Shown here: piece by piece, positions 1 to 9,582 of the stretch
How the letters are laid out: each line of letters starts with the position of its first letter
Position numbering within the stretch: position 1 is the first letter of the stretch
DNA from: an uncultured bacterium
GTDB taxonomy: Bacteria; Armatimonadota; Hebobacteria; Hebobacterales; Hebobacteraceae
Assembly (NCBI GenBank): GCA_964559435.1
Contig: CAZLHI010000002.1
Span: forward strand, 1,168-65,167
DNA: 64,000 nucleotides
Reading direction: 5' to 3'
Position numbers and translations under genes: made by a program
The notes under the pieces: generated by a model
What the model was told of the DNA's origin: nothing
Databases searched by the model: none
Seen by the model: only the letters and a program-made list of their open reading frames with translations

Positions 1-198
1 CAGGAGGCATATCGAGGCCTGGGCTATCAGGAAGGCGACTTGCCCTGGGCCGAGCGGCTGTCGAGAGAATGCCTATCCATACCGCTCTACCCAGAGTTGA
101 CTGCCGAGCAAGTGGACCGGGTGGCGGAGGTCATACTGGAGTTCATGGGGGGCAAAGCGAAGGTTGAAGCGGAGGAAGCGGTTGGGCACGAGCTTTGA
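1..198 (+). CDS. DegT/DnrJ/EryC1/StrS family aminotransferase, C-terminal fragment (5' end outside window)
   Basis: Frame 1 reads [45 protein letters not shown]...* (stop 196-198). LSIPLYPEL is the typical C-terminus of this family. Not in the ORF track. Confidence 0.85.
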   Translation, partial: QEAYRGLGYQEGDLPWAERLSRECLSIPLYPELTAEQVDRVAEVILEFMGGKAKVEAEEAVGHEL

Positions 199-1444
199 CG
201 TGAGGGATGTATCCCTGGCGGAGGCGGGCGGCCTCAGAGTCGAGTATGCAGCCCAGCACATGCCCGTGCTGCGGGGCATTGGGGACAAGTTCAGCCAGGA
301 GAGACCGCTGGCGGGAATCCGTCTCGGAGCCTGCCTCCACGTCACCACCGAGACGGCCAACCTCATGCAGACCCTAAAGGCTGGCGGCGCGGAAGTAGCT
401 CTGTGTGCGTCGAATCCCCTCAGCACGCAGGACGACGTTGCGGCCTGGCTCGCCGTCGAGCTGGATATACCAGTCTTCGCGATCAGGGGAGAGGACGGCG
501 ACACCTACTACCAGCACGTGGAATCGGTGATCGCCACGAAACCGCGTATTTCGATGGATGATGGGTGCGATTTGGTGTGCACTCTCCACACGCAGCACGC
601 GGATCAGCTCGCAGACATGCTCGGGGGATCAGAGGAGACGACCACGGGAGTGATCCGCCTGCGGGCGATGGAGAAGCAGGGCGCGCTGGGCTATCCCGTG
701 ATCGCGGTTAACGACGCGAACACGAAGCACCTCTTCGACAATCGCTATGGAACCGGCCAGAGCACGATAGACGGCATCGTCCGCGCCACCAACATCCTGC
801 TTGCCGGGCGGCGCGTAGTCGTCTCTGGCTACGGATGGTGCGGGCGCGGTGTTGCCATGCGCGCCAAGGGCATGGGCGCCGTTGTGGCAATATGTGAGGT
901 CACTCCGCTGCGCGCCCTTGAGGCCGCGATGGACGGCAATCTCGTGATGCCGATTGCGGAGGCCGCGAAGTGGGGCGAGGTGTTCGTCACCCTCACGGGC
1001 GATTGCTCTGTTCTGCGCCGAGAGCACTTCGAGGTCATGAGAGACGGCGCCGTGCTGGCAAACTCTGGTCACTTCGATATAGAGATCGACATCCCGGCGC
1101 TGCGCGCAATGTCCCAGTCGGTTCGCCGCGTCCGCCCGATGGTCGATGAGTTCAGGCTGCAGGACGGCCGGCGAATCTACCTCTTGGGCGAGGGACGGTT
1201 GGTGAACCTCGCAGCCGCGGAGGGGCACCCGGCAAGCGTGATGGACATGAGCTTCGCCAATCAGGCCCTCACTGCGGTCTACTTGGCCGAGAACGGCAAG
1301 TCGCTGCAGAACCGGGTCTACACGGTGCCGCGAGAGATAGACGAAGAAGTGGCGCGCCTGAAGCTTGCGTCCATGGGCCTCAGTATCGACACGCTGACGC
1401 CCGAGCAAGAGAAGTACTTGGCCGATTACCAGATCGGTACGTAG
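182..1444 (+). CDS. ahcY: adenosylhomocysteinase
   Basis: Motifs [55 protein letters not shown] at 182 follows GGAGG (ORF track starts at 164). Confidence 0.97.
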   Translation: MGTSFDVRDVSLAEAGGLRVEYAAQHMPVLRGIGDKFSQERPLAGIRLGACLHVTTETANLMQTLKAGGAEVALCASNPLSTQDDVAAWLAVELDIPVFAIRGEDGDTYYQHVESVIATKPRISMDDGCDLVCTLHTQHADQLADMLGGSEETTTGVIRLRAMEKQGALGYPVIAVNDANTKHLFDNRYGTGQSTIDGIVRATNILLAGRRVVVSGYGWCGRGVAMRAKGMGAVVAICEVTPLRALEAAMDGNLVMPIAEAAKWGEVFVTLTGDCSVLRREHFEVMRDGAVLANSGHFDIEIDIPALRAMSQSVRRVRPMVDEFRLQDGRRIYLLGEGRLVNLAAAEGHPASVMDMSFANQALTAVYLAENGKSLQNRVYTVPREIDEEVARLKLASMGLSIDTLTPEQEKYLADYQIGT

Positions 1445-1469
1445 CCGCGCGGTTCACGGGGGCTAGCCT

Positions 1470-3248
1470 ATGGAGGCGATGGCCAGGCCCTATATTGCCG
1501 TCGTCCTCGCGTTTCTAATCTCCTTCTCAGTCCCCTATTGGGGCGGCTCTCGGCTGCGCCGTCTAGCGCAAGAGGAACCGCGCCCCGGCGTACGGCCGCG
1601 TCGCCAATGGGCCATCTCCGGGGTAGGCGTCACGCTCTCGTTCGCGCTTCCCATTCTCATCCTCTCAGGCGCCTCGCCGGAGGCGAGAGCCGTAGTCGCA
1701 CTCGCGCTCATGGGGGGCGCGGCCGGCATGCTGAATGACATCTTCGCGCTGGCCAAGATCGTGCTTCTCCTGATGGCCTTTGCCATCGCTGCTGCGGGCG
1801 TGGCACTTGGTGTCGTCGCGTCTGAGGTGAAACCTCCCTTCACGACACAGATGGTCCAGCTCGGGGACTGGGCGCTGCCTGCAAGCATGCTCTGGCTGCT
1901 TGCGGTCGCCTACGCGGTTGTGCTCCTCCGGCGGTTGCCCCGGCTGACAGCAGGCGTCATCGTCGTGGTTTCTGCGACCTTCGCGATCGCAGCGCTGTCA
2001 GTTGGTCCCTCGCGGTCGGCGCCCGCCGCAGGCGGGCTCGGGCTCGTCATGGCGGCTGTCGCGCTTGGCGCGCTGCGCCGCGACTACCCCGCACTAGGCA
2101 GCTCCGCTCACTGGGCAATGGGATTCGCCCTGGCGGGCATCACCATCATCGGCATGCTTAAGAACACGGCCTTCCTCGTGCTGGGCGTGCCGCTGCTCGC
2201 CCTTGGCGTGCCCGTGGGAGAGGCGACCTACGCCGTGATCTATCGTGTCGGCAGGGGCAGGCAGAGGTTGGCCCTCGGACAGCGCTGGGAGCTGCTCCAC
2301 GAAACGCTCGTCAGGAGGGGGCTGAGCCCGCGGCGGACCGTCGTGCTCTTCCATATGGCCACCCTTTACCTGTGCCTGCTGGCCCTCGCCCTCGTGGTGA
2401 TAGTAGAGGTAACCTTCGTGGCGAAACTGGCCATCCTCGTCGTTTCGCTCGCACTTGGCTTCGCTGCGTCCTTCATGCTGGCGCGGATCTGGTCGGAACC
2501 GCCGGAGACGGGTGAGGAGCGGGTGGACATGTTCGGCGTTCCGCTCGCCAGGATAGATATGGAGGAGGCCCTAGCCCGGGTAGACCAGTTCGTGCGGGAG
2601 CGGTCGCCTCACATCGTCATCACCTCCGATACGCCGAGCATAGTGCGCGCGCAGGATGACGCCGAGTACCAGGAGATCGTCCGCCGCGCGGACATGGTGA
2701 CCGCGGATGGCCGCGGTGTGGTCTGGATGGCCCGTGTGCTTGGGCTGCCCGTGAGGGACCGCGTCCCCGGGGTCGATCTGGTTGAGAAGATCTGCGAGCG
2801 CGCAGAGGACAAGAACTACTCGGTCTTCCTCCTCGGTGCACTCCCAGGCGTGGCCGAAGAGGCGGCCGCCGCGCTCCGGGCGCATTGCCCTGGGCTCACT
2901 GTCGTGGGGACGCACCACGGGTACTTCACACCGGACGAAGAGCCGCAGATCGTGCGGAGAATCGCCGAGGCACGGCCAGACATTCTGTTTGTGGCCCTGG
3001 GTGCGCCGCGGCAGGAGAAGTGGATCCGCCGACACATGGCGGAGCTCCAGGTGCCAGTTGCTATCGGCGTGGGCGGCGCCCTGGACGTCTTGGCGGGACG
3101 CGTTCCTCGCGCGCCCGGATGGATGCAGCGTACCGGTCTGGAGTGGTTGTACCGGGTGCTGAGACAGCCGGCTCGGCTCCCACGGCTGTGGTCGCTGCCG
3201 CGGTTGATCTGGATGACCTTGTGGGAGGCCTTGCGACGAAGGTCGTGA
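1470..3248 (+). CDS. fusion of a MraY/TagO-like (glycosyl transferase family 4) membrane domain and a WecB/TagA/CpsF glycosyltransferase
   Basis: About 340 aa multi-TM N-terminal half. C-terminal half has TagA motifs VTADG, RVPGVDL, HHGYF, GAPRQE, GVGG, RAP, GLEWLYR. Confidence 0.88.
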   Translation: MEAMARPYIAVVLAFLISFSVPYWGGSRLRRLAQEEPRPGVRPRRQWAISGVGVTLSFALPILILSGASPEARAVVALALMGGAAGMLNDIFALAKIVLLLMAFAIAAAGVALGVVASEVKPPFTTQMVQLGDWALPASMLWLLAVAYAVVLLRRLPRLTAGVIVVVSATFAIAALSVGPSRSAPAAGGLGLVMAAVALGALRRDYPALGSSAHWAMGFALAGITIIGMLKNTAFLVLGVPLLALGVPVGEATYAVIYRVGRGRQRLALGQRWELLHETLVRRGLSPRRTVVLFHMATLYLCLLALALVVIVEVTFVAKLAILVVSLALGFAASFMLARIWSEPPETGEERVDMFGVPLARIDMEEALARVDQFVRERSPHIVITSDTPSIVRAQDDAEYQEIVRRADMVTADGRGVVWMARVLGLPVRDRVPGVDLVEKICERAEDKNYSVFLLGALPGVAEEAAAALRAHCPGLTVVGTHHGYFTPDEEPQIVRRIAEARPDILFVALGAPRQEKWIRRHMAELQVPVAIGVGGALDVLAGRVPRAPGWMQRTGLEWLYRVLRQPARLPRLWSLPRLIWMTLWEALRRRS

Positions 3249-3292
3249 CAGTCGTCTCTGACCCGGCTCGTCTACCTTTGTGAGCTACGGCC

Positions 3293-3568
3293 GTGGACCT
3301 GAAGCGCTTGCGGCACAACTGGGATCGGCTTGCCAGGAGGGACCCGTTCTGGGCCGTACTCACCTGGCCCGGGAAGGACGGGGGCAGGTGGCAGGCCGAC
3401 GAGTTCTTTGCGACGGGTGTATCCGAGATCGACGACCTAATGCGCTACATAGACTCGCTCGGCCGTCGCATCGCAAGAAAGCGGCCGCTGGACCTCGGGT
3501 GCGGCGTCGGGTGGACGAGCTTCCGCCACTGCGTTCGGAAGAGGAGAGGAACGTGGCGGCTATCTTGA
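3293..3568 (+). pseudogene. truncated class I SAM-dependent methyltransferase
   Basis: N-terminus WDRLARRDPFWAVL and SAM motif I LDLGCGVG, but the ORF stops 18 aa later (91 aa total), so the Rossmann core is missing. Confidence 0.7.
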
Positions 3569-3711
3569 CAGGAAGCGCTGAACACCTTGGCATGTCCTCG
3601 CCAACGAGAGATCCGCGTGATTGCTGGGGGAATGGGACCTCCCAGGGGCCGGGCATCCAGGCGGGCACGACACAGCTAACCGATACGATTCCGATTCGAC
3701 TGTCAGGGCGC

Positions 3712-5700
3712 CTATCGGCCGCGGTCGGCACCGCGGATGGGCGCGCCGAGGTAGCCCAGCGCGCGAAGCTGCTCCTTCAGGCTCTCGGGAATCTCTGGGG
3801 CTGGCTGAGGGCCCTGGTGGAGCCTGTCCCGCCACTGCTTCTGATCCAGCAGCCATTGCGCTATTAGTTGCTCTCCGTAGGCTGCCCGTACGGGCCACTC
3901 GTCGGCCAGGTCGACTTCCTCCCGAGGATCGGATAGTGTGTTCCAGAGTCCTGTCGACCGTCGTGTCGCTATCGCGCCGGCCACGACCGACACGTCGATG
4001 ACTCGCTTGAAGCCATCTTCGTCGATCACGCCCACCAAGTCCACCGCGTTGTCGTCCAGTCGCGCTACCTCGCAGTAGATCCGCCGGCTGGTCTCAGAGT
4101 CGGGCAGCATCGCCGCGTGTCGCAGATCCCGGCCGGGCAGCGCGTACGGCAGCTCAGGCTTCAGCCCCGCTTCGGCCAGCAGTGTCGGCAGCAGATCCGT
4201 CAGGCTCACGGGCTGCTGAACTCGAACGCCCGCGAGGTCGCCATGCGGGAACCTTATCGTGAGGACTACACGCATAGTCTCTTGGTTCAAGTCGAACCCG
4301 TGTGCGCGGGTGTCGTGTTCCGTGAAGGCCTCGCCGTGGTCGGACACCAGCACGATCACTGAGTTGTCATAGCGACCGAGTTCCCTCAACATCTCTATGA
4401 ATTCCGAGAAGGCCTGGTCGGCCTCGAAGATCTGGGCATCGTAGAGATCGATGAGGTGCTGCACGTCGTCGTCAGAGAGGTCGGGGTACAGATAGGGCAG
4501 CGCGTTGAGGGCAGGCGTTGACCCGTCGCAGCGTCCTTCGAATCCCCTGTCAAACAGCCGGAAAGTCTCTTCGCGCGGCACATACGGGCCGTGCGGCTCC
4601 ATGATGTGCAGGAACATGAAAACCGGCTGCGATGGGTCTTGTGTCCTCAGCCGTCTCGCTGCCATCTTGTTAACCCATTGGCCCGAGGCGAGGTGCAAGG
4701 AGATGAACTCGTCGTAGCCGTGGTCGAACCCGAAGTCCGCGCTAACGCTCATATTTGCGGATATGCATCGGGTGACGTAGCCTGCATCATGCAGTATCTC
4801 CGGGAGGAGGACCGGCCACTCCGCCAGGGGATCGCACGTGTGCATTGCGCCGTGGACTGTGGCGGAGAGGCCGCTCAGCATCGTCGCCACTGACGGTCTC
4901 GTCCATGTTGCCGGGGCCTGCGCATTGTGGTATAGGGCTGCCTCATCTGCGAAACTGTCCATAGAGGGCGATGTCGGGCGCTCGTATCCGTAACACCCTA
5001 CATGGTCGGCGCGGAGTGCGTCTATGAGGTAGATGAAGACATCCGGGGGCCGACCCCTGTCTTCGCCGCGCCGATGCAAGGGCCACCTCGGAGCGTTCAG
5101 ACTGCGCGGCTCAACTGGCTCGAGGCGTCCGGGTAGCTCGAGAAGGAAAACGGGCTTCAGCGTCACCTGAACACGGTCGCCGAGCTGGGCCTTGAGGACG
5201 TGCCAGAGCGTCCCGGTCGACGCCACGGCGAACCTCGTGTCCCCGTCTCCCCCTGCATGTGAGGCGTGGGGTCCCGCCGGCGATGTGTGGAGCCCGATTT
5301 CGCTACCTCGCTGCCAGCTGGCGAATTCGAGCGGCTTTGGACCTGATTCGGTCAGCACCTGCGCCCTGCAACCGACGAACCCGGTCGAGCCGTCTGTTGT
5401 CAGCCGCTTGCGCACAGAGCCACTCACCTCGAGGCGCACCAAGCGCCCCTCCCACGGACTGAGGTCGCACTCGAGGCGGTATTGGGGCGGATCTCGCGCG
5501 TCGTCTGCAGAGAAGAGGACGCGGATCTCACGGGCGAACACGATCCCGTTCTCGTCAGTTGACAGCGAAACCGTCGCCACCATGGCTGAATCGGCCCACG
5601 GCTTCTGCCACCAGGCGACAGCGAGGGCGGTCCCGATGACGGCCGCTATGCGGACGAGATACCTTCGGGCTGTGCTCCCAGACCTCGATTCAGGCTTCAT
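3712..5700 (-). CDS. sulfatase-like hydrolase/transferase (alkaline phosphatase superfamily), membrane-anchored
   Basis: IDALRADH, WTRPS, EPHGPY, SDHGE, HG and C-terminal LRALGY motifs; N-terminal TM segment. ATG at 5700 preferred to 5778. Confidence 0.88.
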   Translation of the reverse strand: MKPESRSGSTARRYLVRIAAVIGTALAVAWWQKPWADSAMVATVSLSTDENGIVFAREIRVLFSADDARDPPQYRLECDLSPWEGRLVRLEVSGSVRKRLTTDGSTGFVGCRAQVLTESGPKPLEFASWQRGSEIGLHTSPAGPHASHAGGDGDTRFAVASTGTLWHVLKAQLGDRVQVTLKPVFLLELPGRLEPVEPRSLNAPRWPLHRRGEDRGRPPDVFIYLIDALRADHVGCYGYERPTSPSMDSFADEAALYHNAQAPATWTRPSVATMLSGLSATVHGAMHTCDPLAEWPVLLPEILHDAGYVTRCISANMSVSADFGFDHGYDEFISLHLASGQWVNKMAARRLRTQDPSQPVFMFLHIMEPHGPYVPREETFRLFDRGFEGRCDGSTPALNALPYLYPDLSDDDVQHLIDLYDAQIFEADQAFSEFIEMLRELGRYDNSVIVLVSDHGEAFTEHDTRAHGFDLNQETMRVVLTIRFPHGDLAGVRVQQPVSLTDLLPTLLAEAGLKPELPYALPGRDLRHAAMLPDSETSRRIYCEVARLDDNAVDLVGVIDEDGFKRVIDVSVVAGAIATRRSTGLWNTLSDPREEVDLADEWPVRAAYGEQLIAQWLLDQKQWRDRLHQGPQPAPEIPESLKEQLRALGYLGAPIRGADRGR

Positions 5701-6143
5701 GGTTTCGATCCCGCGCCCGCGGGGCTCAGCCCGACGGGTGCGGCCCCTTTCGCCGCGTGAGAGGGGGCGGCCTGCCACGCGTAACGCCCCCTGGTTAGTC
5801 GCTTCGACCTCGGGCTACCCGGAGATGGATGATCCCCGTTGGATCCTGGCCACGCGATCTGACGGCCGGATCAACCACTCGCGAACCCAGGAAGCGAAAT
5901 CGCAGGAAGCGGGCCTCCGTGTCGGTAGGCGGAGAAGCTACGATATGAGCATTAGACCGACATGCACCGCGTGCCACGCGAAGAGGTGCCGCGCGGCCGG
6001 AGGAGAACGAGGCCGCAGTTATCGACGTTATGGGTGACAGAGCAGTCGGGGCGGCCGGACGGCTCAGGGGAGGCCGGATTTCCCGGACTTCCCGCATGGC
6101 CTGTTGGCACAGGCCCAGCTTACGAGCCAAGCGAACAGTTCTC

Positions 6144-7205
6144 TCAGCTCAGCTTCTCAATCTCGGACCGAACGACATAGTGCTCCGCGGTATAACGCAA
6201 GCAAACCGTATCTGTGCCATACGTGAGCATCCGGGCGACGCGCTCCGGTGGCTCCTTCAGGACGAATAGCCGCAGCGCGGCCTCGCACTCATTCCAGCCA
6301 AGCTCCGCTCTTACTGCGGTTATGCCCGTGAACCGCGGGTTCACCTCGTACAGCATCAGGCCCGAATCCGTCAGGCGGCCCTGGATGTTGCACGGTCCCA
6401 CTTGCCCCATGCCCACGAAGGCCTCGAAGACGCTCCGCGCGAAGGCCAGTATATGCGTATCCAACGTGGGGCAGATGCGGATCGGGACACCGTCTCGCAG
6501 CTCGTTGACACTTGCGAAAATGCCGATGATCTCACCGGCCGGACCTATGGCCGCCTGAATAGACACCTCGTCTTCCTGGCGCAGCCTTCCTGCCTTCAGA
6601 ACGTCGGCCGGCATCGGCTTTGCCAGTCCCCAGGACTTGGGCACGAGGTACTCCTGCACTATGTCCTCACCGTTCAGCTGCGCCGCGCCGAACTCCTCCG
6701 GCGCATGGAAGACCTTCGCGCCGACCGATCCGGAGCCGCCTCTCGGCTTGACGATGACGGGAAAGGACGCGCGCGACAGAGACTTCACGAAGTGTGCGAC
6801 GGAGGTGCTCCAGACAAAGGGAATGCCAACATCGGTCAGAGCCGAGTAGCTGAGCAGCTTATCCCGCGACATGCGGATGAAGTCCGGGCCGCTGATGATT
6901 GGGCAGCATCCTAGCGCAAGAAGCCTCTCACGCAAAGCGGCCACCGTCTGCAGCTCGGTGTCGGTCCCGGGAATGAGCACGTCGATCTCGCGCTCTTCCA
7001 CAAGGCGCTCGAGCGCGGCAGCATAAGCATCCCCTTCGGACACGGCGGGCACCACGGCCTGGTCATCGCACTGGTAGAGACCAACGGACCACGGGTCCGC
7101 GTCGAGTCCCGTGATCTCCACCGGCAGCTCCGACTGGCGGAGGGCGCGGATGACGGCCTGCCCAACCCCGCCTCCGACTCCGGTAACCGCCACATTCATG
7201 CCCAT
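6144..7205 (-). CDS. ATP-grasp protein, carbamoyl-phosphate-synthase-like (type found in polysaccharide loci)
   Basis: VTGVGGGVG, IPGTDTEL, DK, VKPRGGSGS, VQEY, YEVNPRF. Confidence 0.85.
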   Translation of the reverse strand: MGMNVAVTGVGGGVGQAVIRALRQSELPVEITGLDADPWSVGLYQCDDQAVVPAVSEGDAYAAALERLVEEREIDVLIPGTDTELQTVAALRERLLALGCCPIISGPDFIRMSRDKLLSYSALTDVGIPFVWSTSVAHFVKSLSRASFPVIVKPRGGSGSVGAKVFHAPEEFGAAQLNGEDIVQEYLVPKSWGLAKPMPADVLKAGRLRQEDEVSIQAAIGPAGEIIGIFASVNELRDGVPIRICPTLDTHILAFARSVFEAFVGMGQVGPCNIQGRLTDSGLMLYEVNPRFTGITAVRAELGWNECEAALRLFVLKEPPERVARMLTYGTDTVCLRYTAEHYVVRSEIEKLS

Positions 7206-7586
7206 TGCTCCTTGGGCCGTACAGCCGCCCAGCGCACTCTTGCAGCGGTGTCAGCACGTCCGCTGTACTTCTATCTCGGGATTCCCGTGTTGCCGTCCGC
7301 GTCCTTGTTTGGTTAGCGTCACATCGGGCAGGAATGTATGAAGTTGCCACAAGTCCTCCCCGAAGAAGGCAGAAAAAGCCCTGGAGAGGAGCTATTGCCT
7401 GTCAGGACTCCGGGCGGGCCCGGGGGAGGTCGCCCGGCCGGCGTCGGTGGGAGGAAGGTCCCTGACAGGTGTCCGGGTCACTCCCCTGCATCCCCGCGAG
7501 GCAGCCGCACGCGTGGGCGGGATTCGACCATCGAGCGCCCTCAGGAGCGTGCCTGGGCCAGCGGACCAGTGTCAATGAAGAGGCTA

Positions 7587-8504
7587 CTAGTGTTCTCGGG
7601 CCGGGCGCGGAGGCCGCCGGTCGGTCGGGACCATGACCGTCAGAATCCTCGGCGCGATGGCTATCTCGACGGGGGTCGCCCCCGCCGGATCGCCGTCGAG
7701 CTGGACTGCCACCTCGGGAGTGCAGCGAAACCGGAACCGCTTCGCCCGTAGGTGCTGGACGCCGGGGTGGGAAAAGTGCCGTCCGCCAAGTGCGGCGACG
7801 ACCTGGCCCGCAGTCTGCAAGGCGGATTCGCTGGAGAAGAAGCAGAGGTCGAGCCACCCATCGTCTATCCGGGCGTCGAGCGCGAGCCGCCAGTGATAGG
7901 TGTAGCGGCTCGCGTTAGCAACAACGGCAAGCCATCCCACTGCCTCCATCTCCTCGCCGTCAGCCTCGATGCGGAAGCGGCTCTGCGGATAGGATCCAAG
8001 TACCTGCAAGCCGCGCGCCACATAGGCAAAGGACCCGATGAGGTCCTTCAGCTCGCGCGCCACGCTCTGCACTACGGCGGCGTCGAACCCGATTCCCGCC
8101 ATCAAGGCGAAAGGTCGGCCGTTGGCGTAGCCGAGATCAACCTGCCGCGGCCGGCCGCTCTTGGCCACTCCTATGGCTGCATCGAGGGATGTCGGAATCC
8201 CCAGCTCGCGTGCGAGGACATTGACCGACCCAGCCGGCAGGATGGCCAGCGGAACTCCGGTGTTGGCGAGCGCGGGAAGCACTGCACGGATGGTGCCGTC
8301 ACCGCCGGCCACGATTACACGCGTGTCTTCGGGCTGTCTGCCGGAGAGGGCCGCGCTCAGCGCGGCCACCGTGTCAGCAGGGCCAGCTGTGGCGATCCGC
8401 TCAACGGCGAAGCCAGCCTCCGTGAGGCTGCGCTCGATACGCCGGAGCGCGGCCCCGCCGCGCAACCGACCGGCCCTCGGATTCGCGACGAGCAGCGCTC
8501 TCAC
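7587..8504 (-). CDS. diacylglycerol/lipid kinase family protein (YegS/DagK)
   Basis: ANPRAG, GGDGT, LPAGSVNVLA, AGIGFDA, QLDGD. Confidence 0.93.
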   Translation of the reverse strand: MRALLVANPRAGRLRGGAALRRIERSLTEAGFAVERIATAGPADTVAALSAALSGRQPEDTRVIVAGGDGTIRAVLPALANTGVPLAILPAGSVNVLARELGIPTSLDAAIGVAKSGRPRQVDLGYANGRPFALMAGIGFDAAVVQSVARELKDLIGSFAYVARGLQVLGSYPQSRFRIEADGEEMEAVGWLAVVANASRYTYHWRLALDARIDDGWLDLCFFSSESALQTAGQVVAALGGRHFSHPGVQHLRAKRFRFRCTPEVAVQLDGDPAGATPVEIAIAPRILTVMVPTDRRPPRPAREH

Positions 8505-8535
8505 GTTGCGCCCCGATCCCGGTCGGCACGCATCT

Positions 8536-9582
8536 CTAGCCCCAGTCGAACCCCGGCCCCTGCGGCAGCGCCACGCACCCGTCTTCGAGCTTCATGGGGG
8601 AGTCCGGCCCGATCAGGCCGGTCTCCACATAATGGGTGTTGGGCAGGCAGGCCATCACGTTGAGATGCGCGCACTCGCCTCCGTGCGATGCGTACGGCCG
8701 CCGGAACGCGCTCGCCATCAGGCCGATCTGCAGCAGAGCCGTCGGCCCGCCTGCGCGCCGCAGGTCGGGCTGCACGATGTCCACCGCGTCCCGACGCAGG
8801 AACCGAGCGAAGTCCGCCGGCGTGTAGAGATTCTCGCCCGTAGCGACTGGGATGTCCAGGGCGCGGGCGAGCTCCGCGTATCCGTCGATGTCGTCGGCCG
8901 GAATGGGTTCCTCCCACCAGACGCAGCCGAGGTCCTCGAAGGCCCGGCCGCGCCGGACCGCCTCGGCCGTCGTCAGCGACTGGTTCGCGTCCACCATGAT
9001 GCCGATGTCATCGCCCACGGCCTGCCGCACTGTCTTCACCCGCGCCGCATCCTCCGCCAGCGTCGGGAAGCCGACCTTGATCTTGACGGCGTGGAACCCC
9101 TGCTCGACGGCCTTCGCGCAGATTAGCTGTACCTTGTCGTCGTCGTAGTTGAGCCAGCCCACCATCGCATAGGCTGGAATGCGCTCATGCACCGCCCCCC
9201 AGAGCCGCCAGCATGGGACGCCGTGGGCCTTCCCGAGACAGTCCCACAGGGCGGTGTCGAGGGCGGCGATGCCGAACATGGCGAGCCCGAAGGAGCCGTG
9301 ATACTCGGTCTCTCGCAGCATCGCCTCGTGCGTGCTGCGCACGAAGGTGGGGTCGCCGCCCAGCACGAGTGGCTTCAGCTCTTGCTCGATCACCGCGGCG
9401 AGCGCGTCGGGCGCGCCCTCGATGCGGCCGAAGTAGATCTCTCCGCGGCCGGAGACGCCCTCATCAGTCGTGACGAGCACCTCTACGGTGCCAGTCCCCG
9501 GTAGGACCTGGATGGCGTCACGGATCGGGTCGGGACCGGGGTCACGACGGCGTACCGTTACTTCGATCCGGGTCACCTTCAT
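8536..9582 (-). CDS. mandelate racemase/muconate lactonizing enzyme family (enolase superfamily)
   Basis: DTALWD, KIK, MVDANQ, WEEP, TGEN, QPD, PQGPG. ATG at 9582 (MKVTRIE) preferred. Confidence 0.92.
   Translation of the reverse strand: MKVTRIEVTVRRRDPGPDPIRDAIQVLPGTGTVEVLVTTDEGVSGRGEIYFGRIEGAPDALAAVIEQELKPLVLGGDPTFVRSTHEAMLRETEYHGSFGLAMFGIAALDTALWDCLGKAHGVPCWRLWGAVHERIPAYAMVGWLNYDDDKVQLICAKAVEQGFHAVKIKVGFPTLAEDAARVKTVRQAVGDDIGIMVDANQSLTTAEAVRRGRAFEDLGCVWWEEPIPADDIDGYAELARALDIPVATGENLYTPADFARFLRRDAVDIVQPDLRRAGGPTALLQIGLMASAFRRPYASHGGECAHLNVMACLPNTHYVETGLIGPDSPMKLEDGCVALPQGPGFDWG

Noticed and set aside
5701-6143. Short ORFs in the gap between the sulfatase-like and ATP-grasp genes
   Set aside because: No recognisable motifs, RBS or RNA family; cannot support a gene call.
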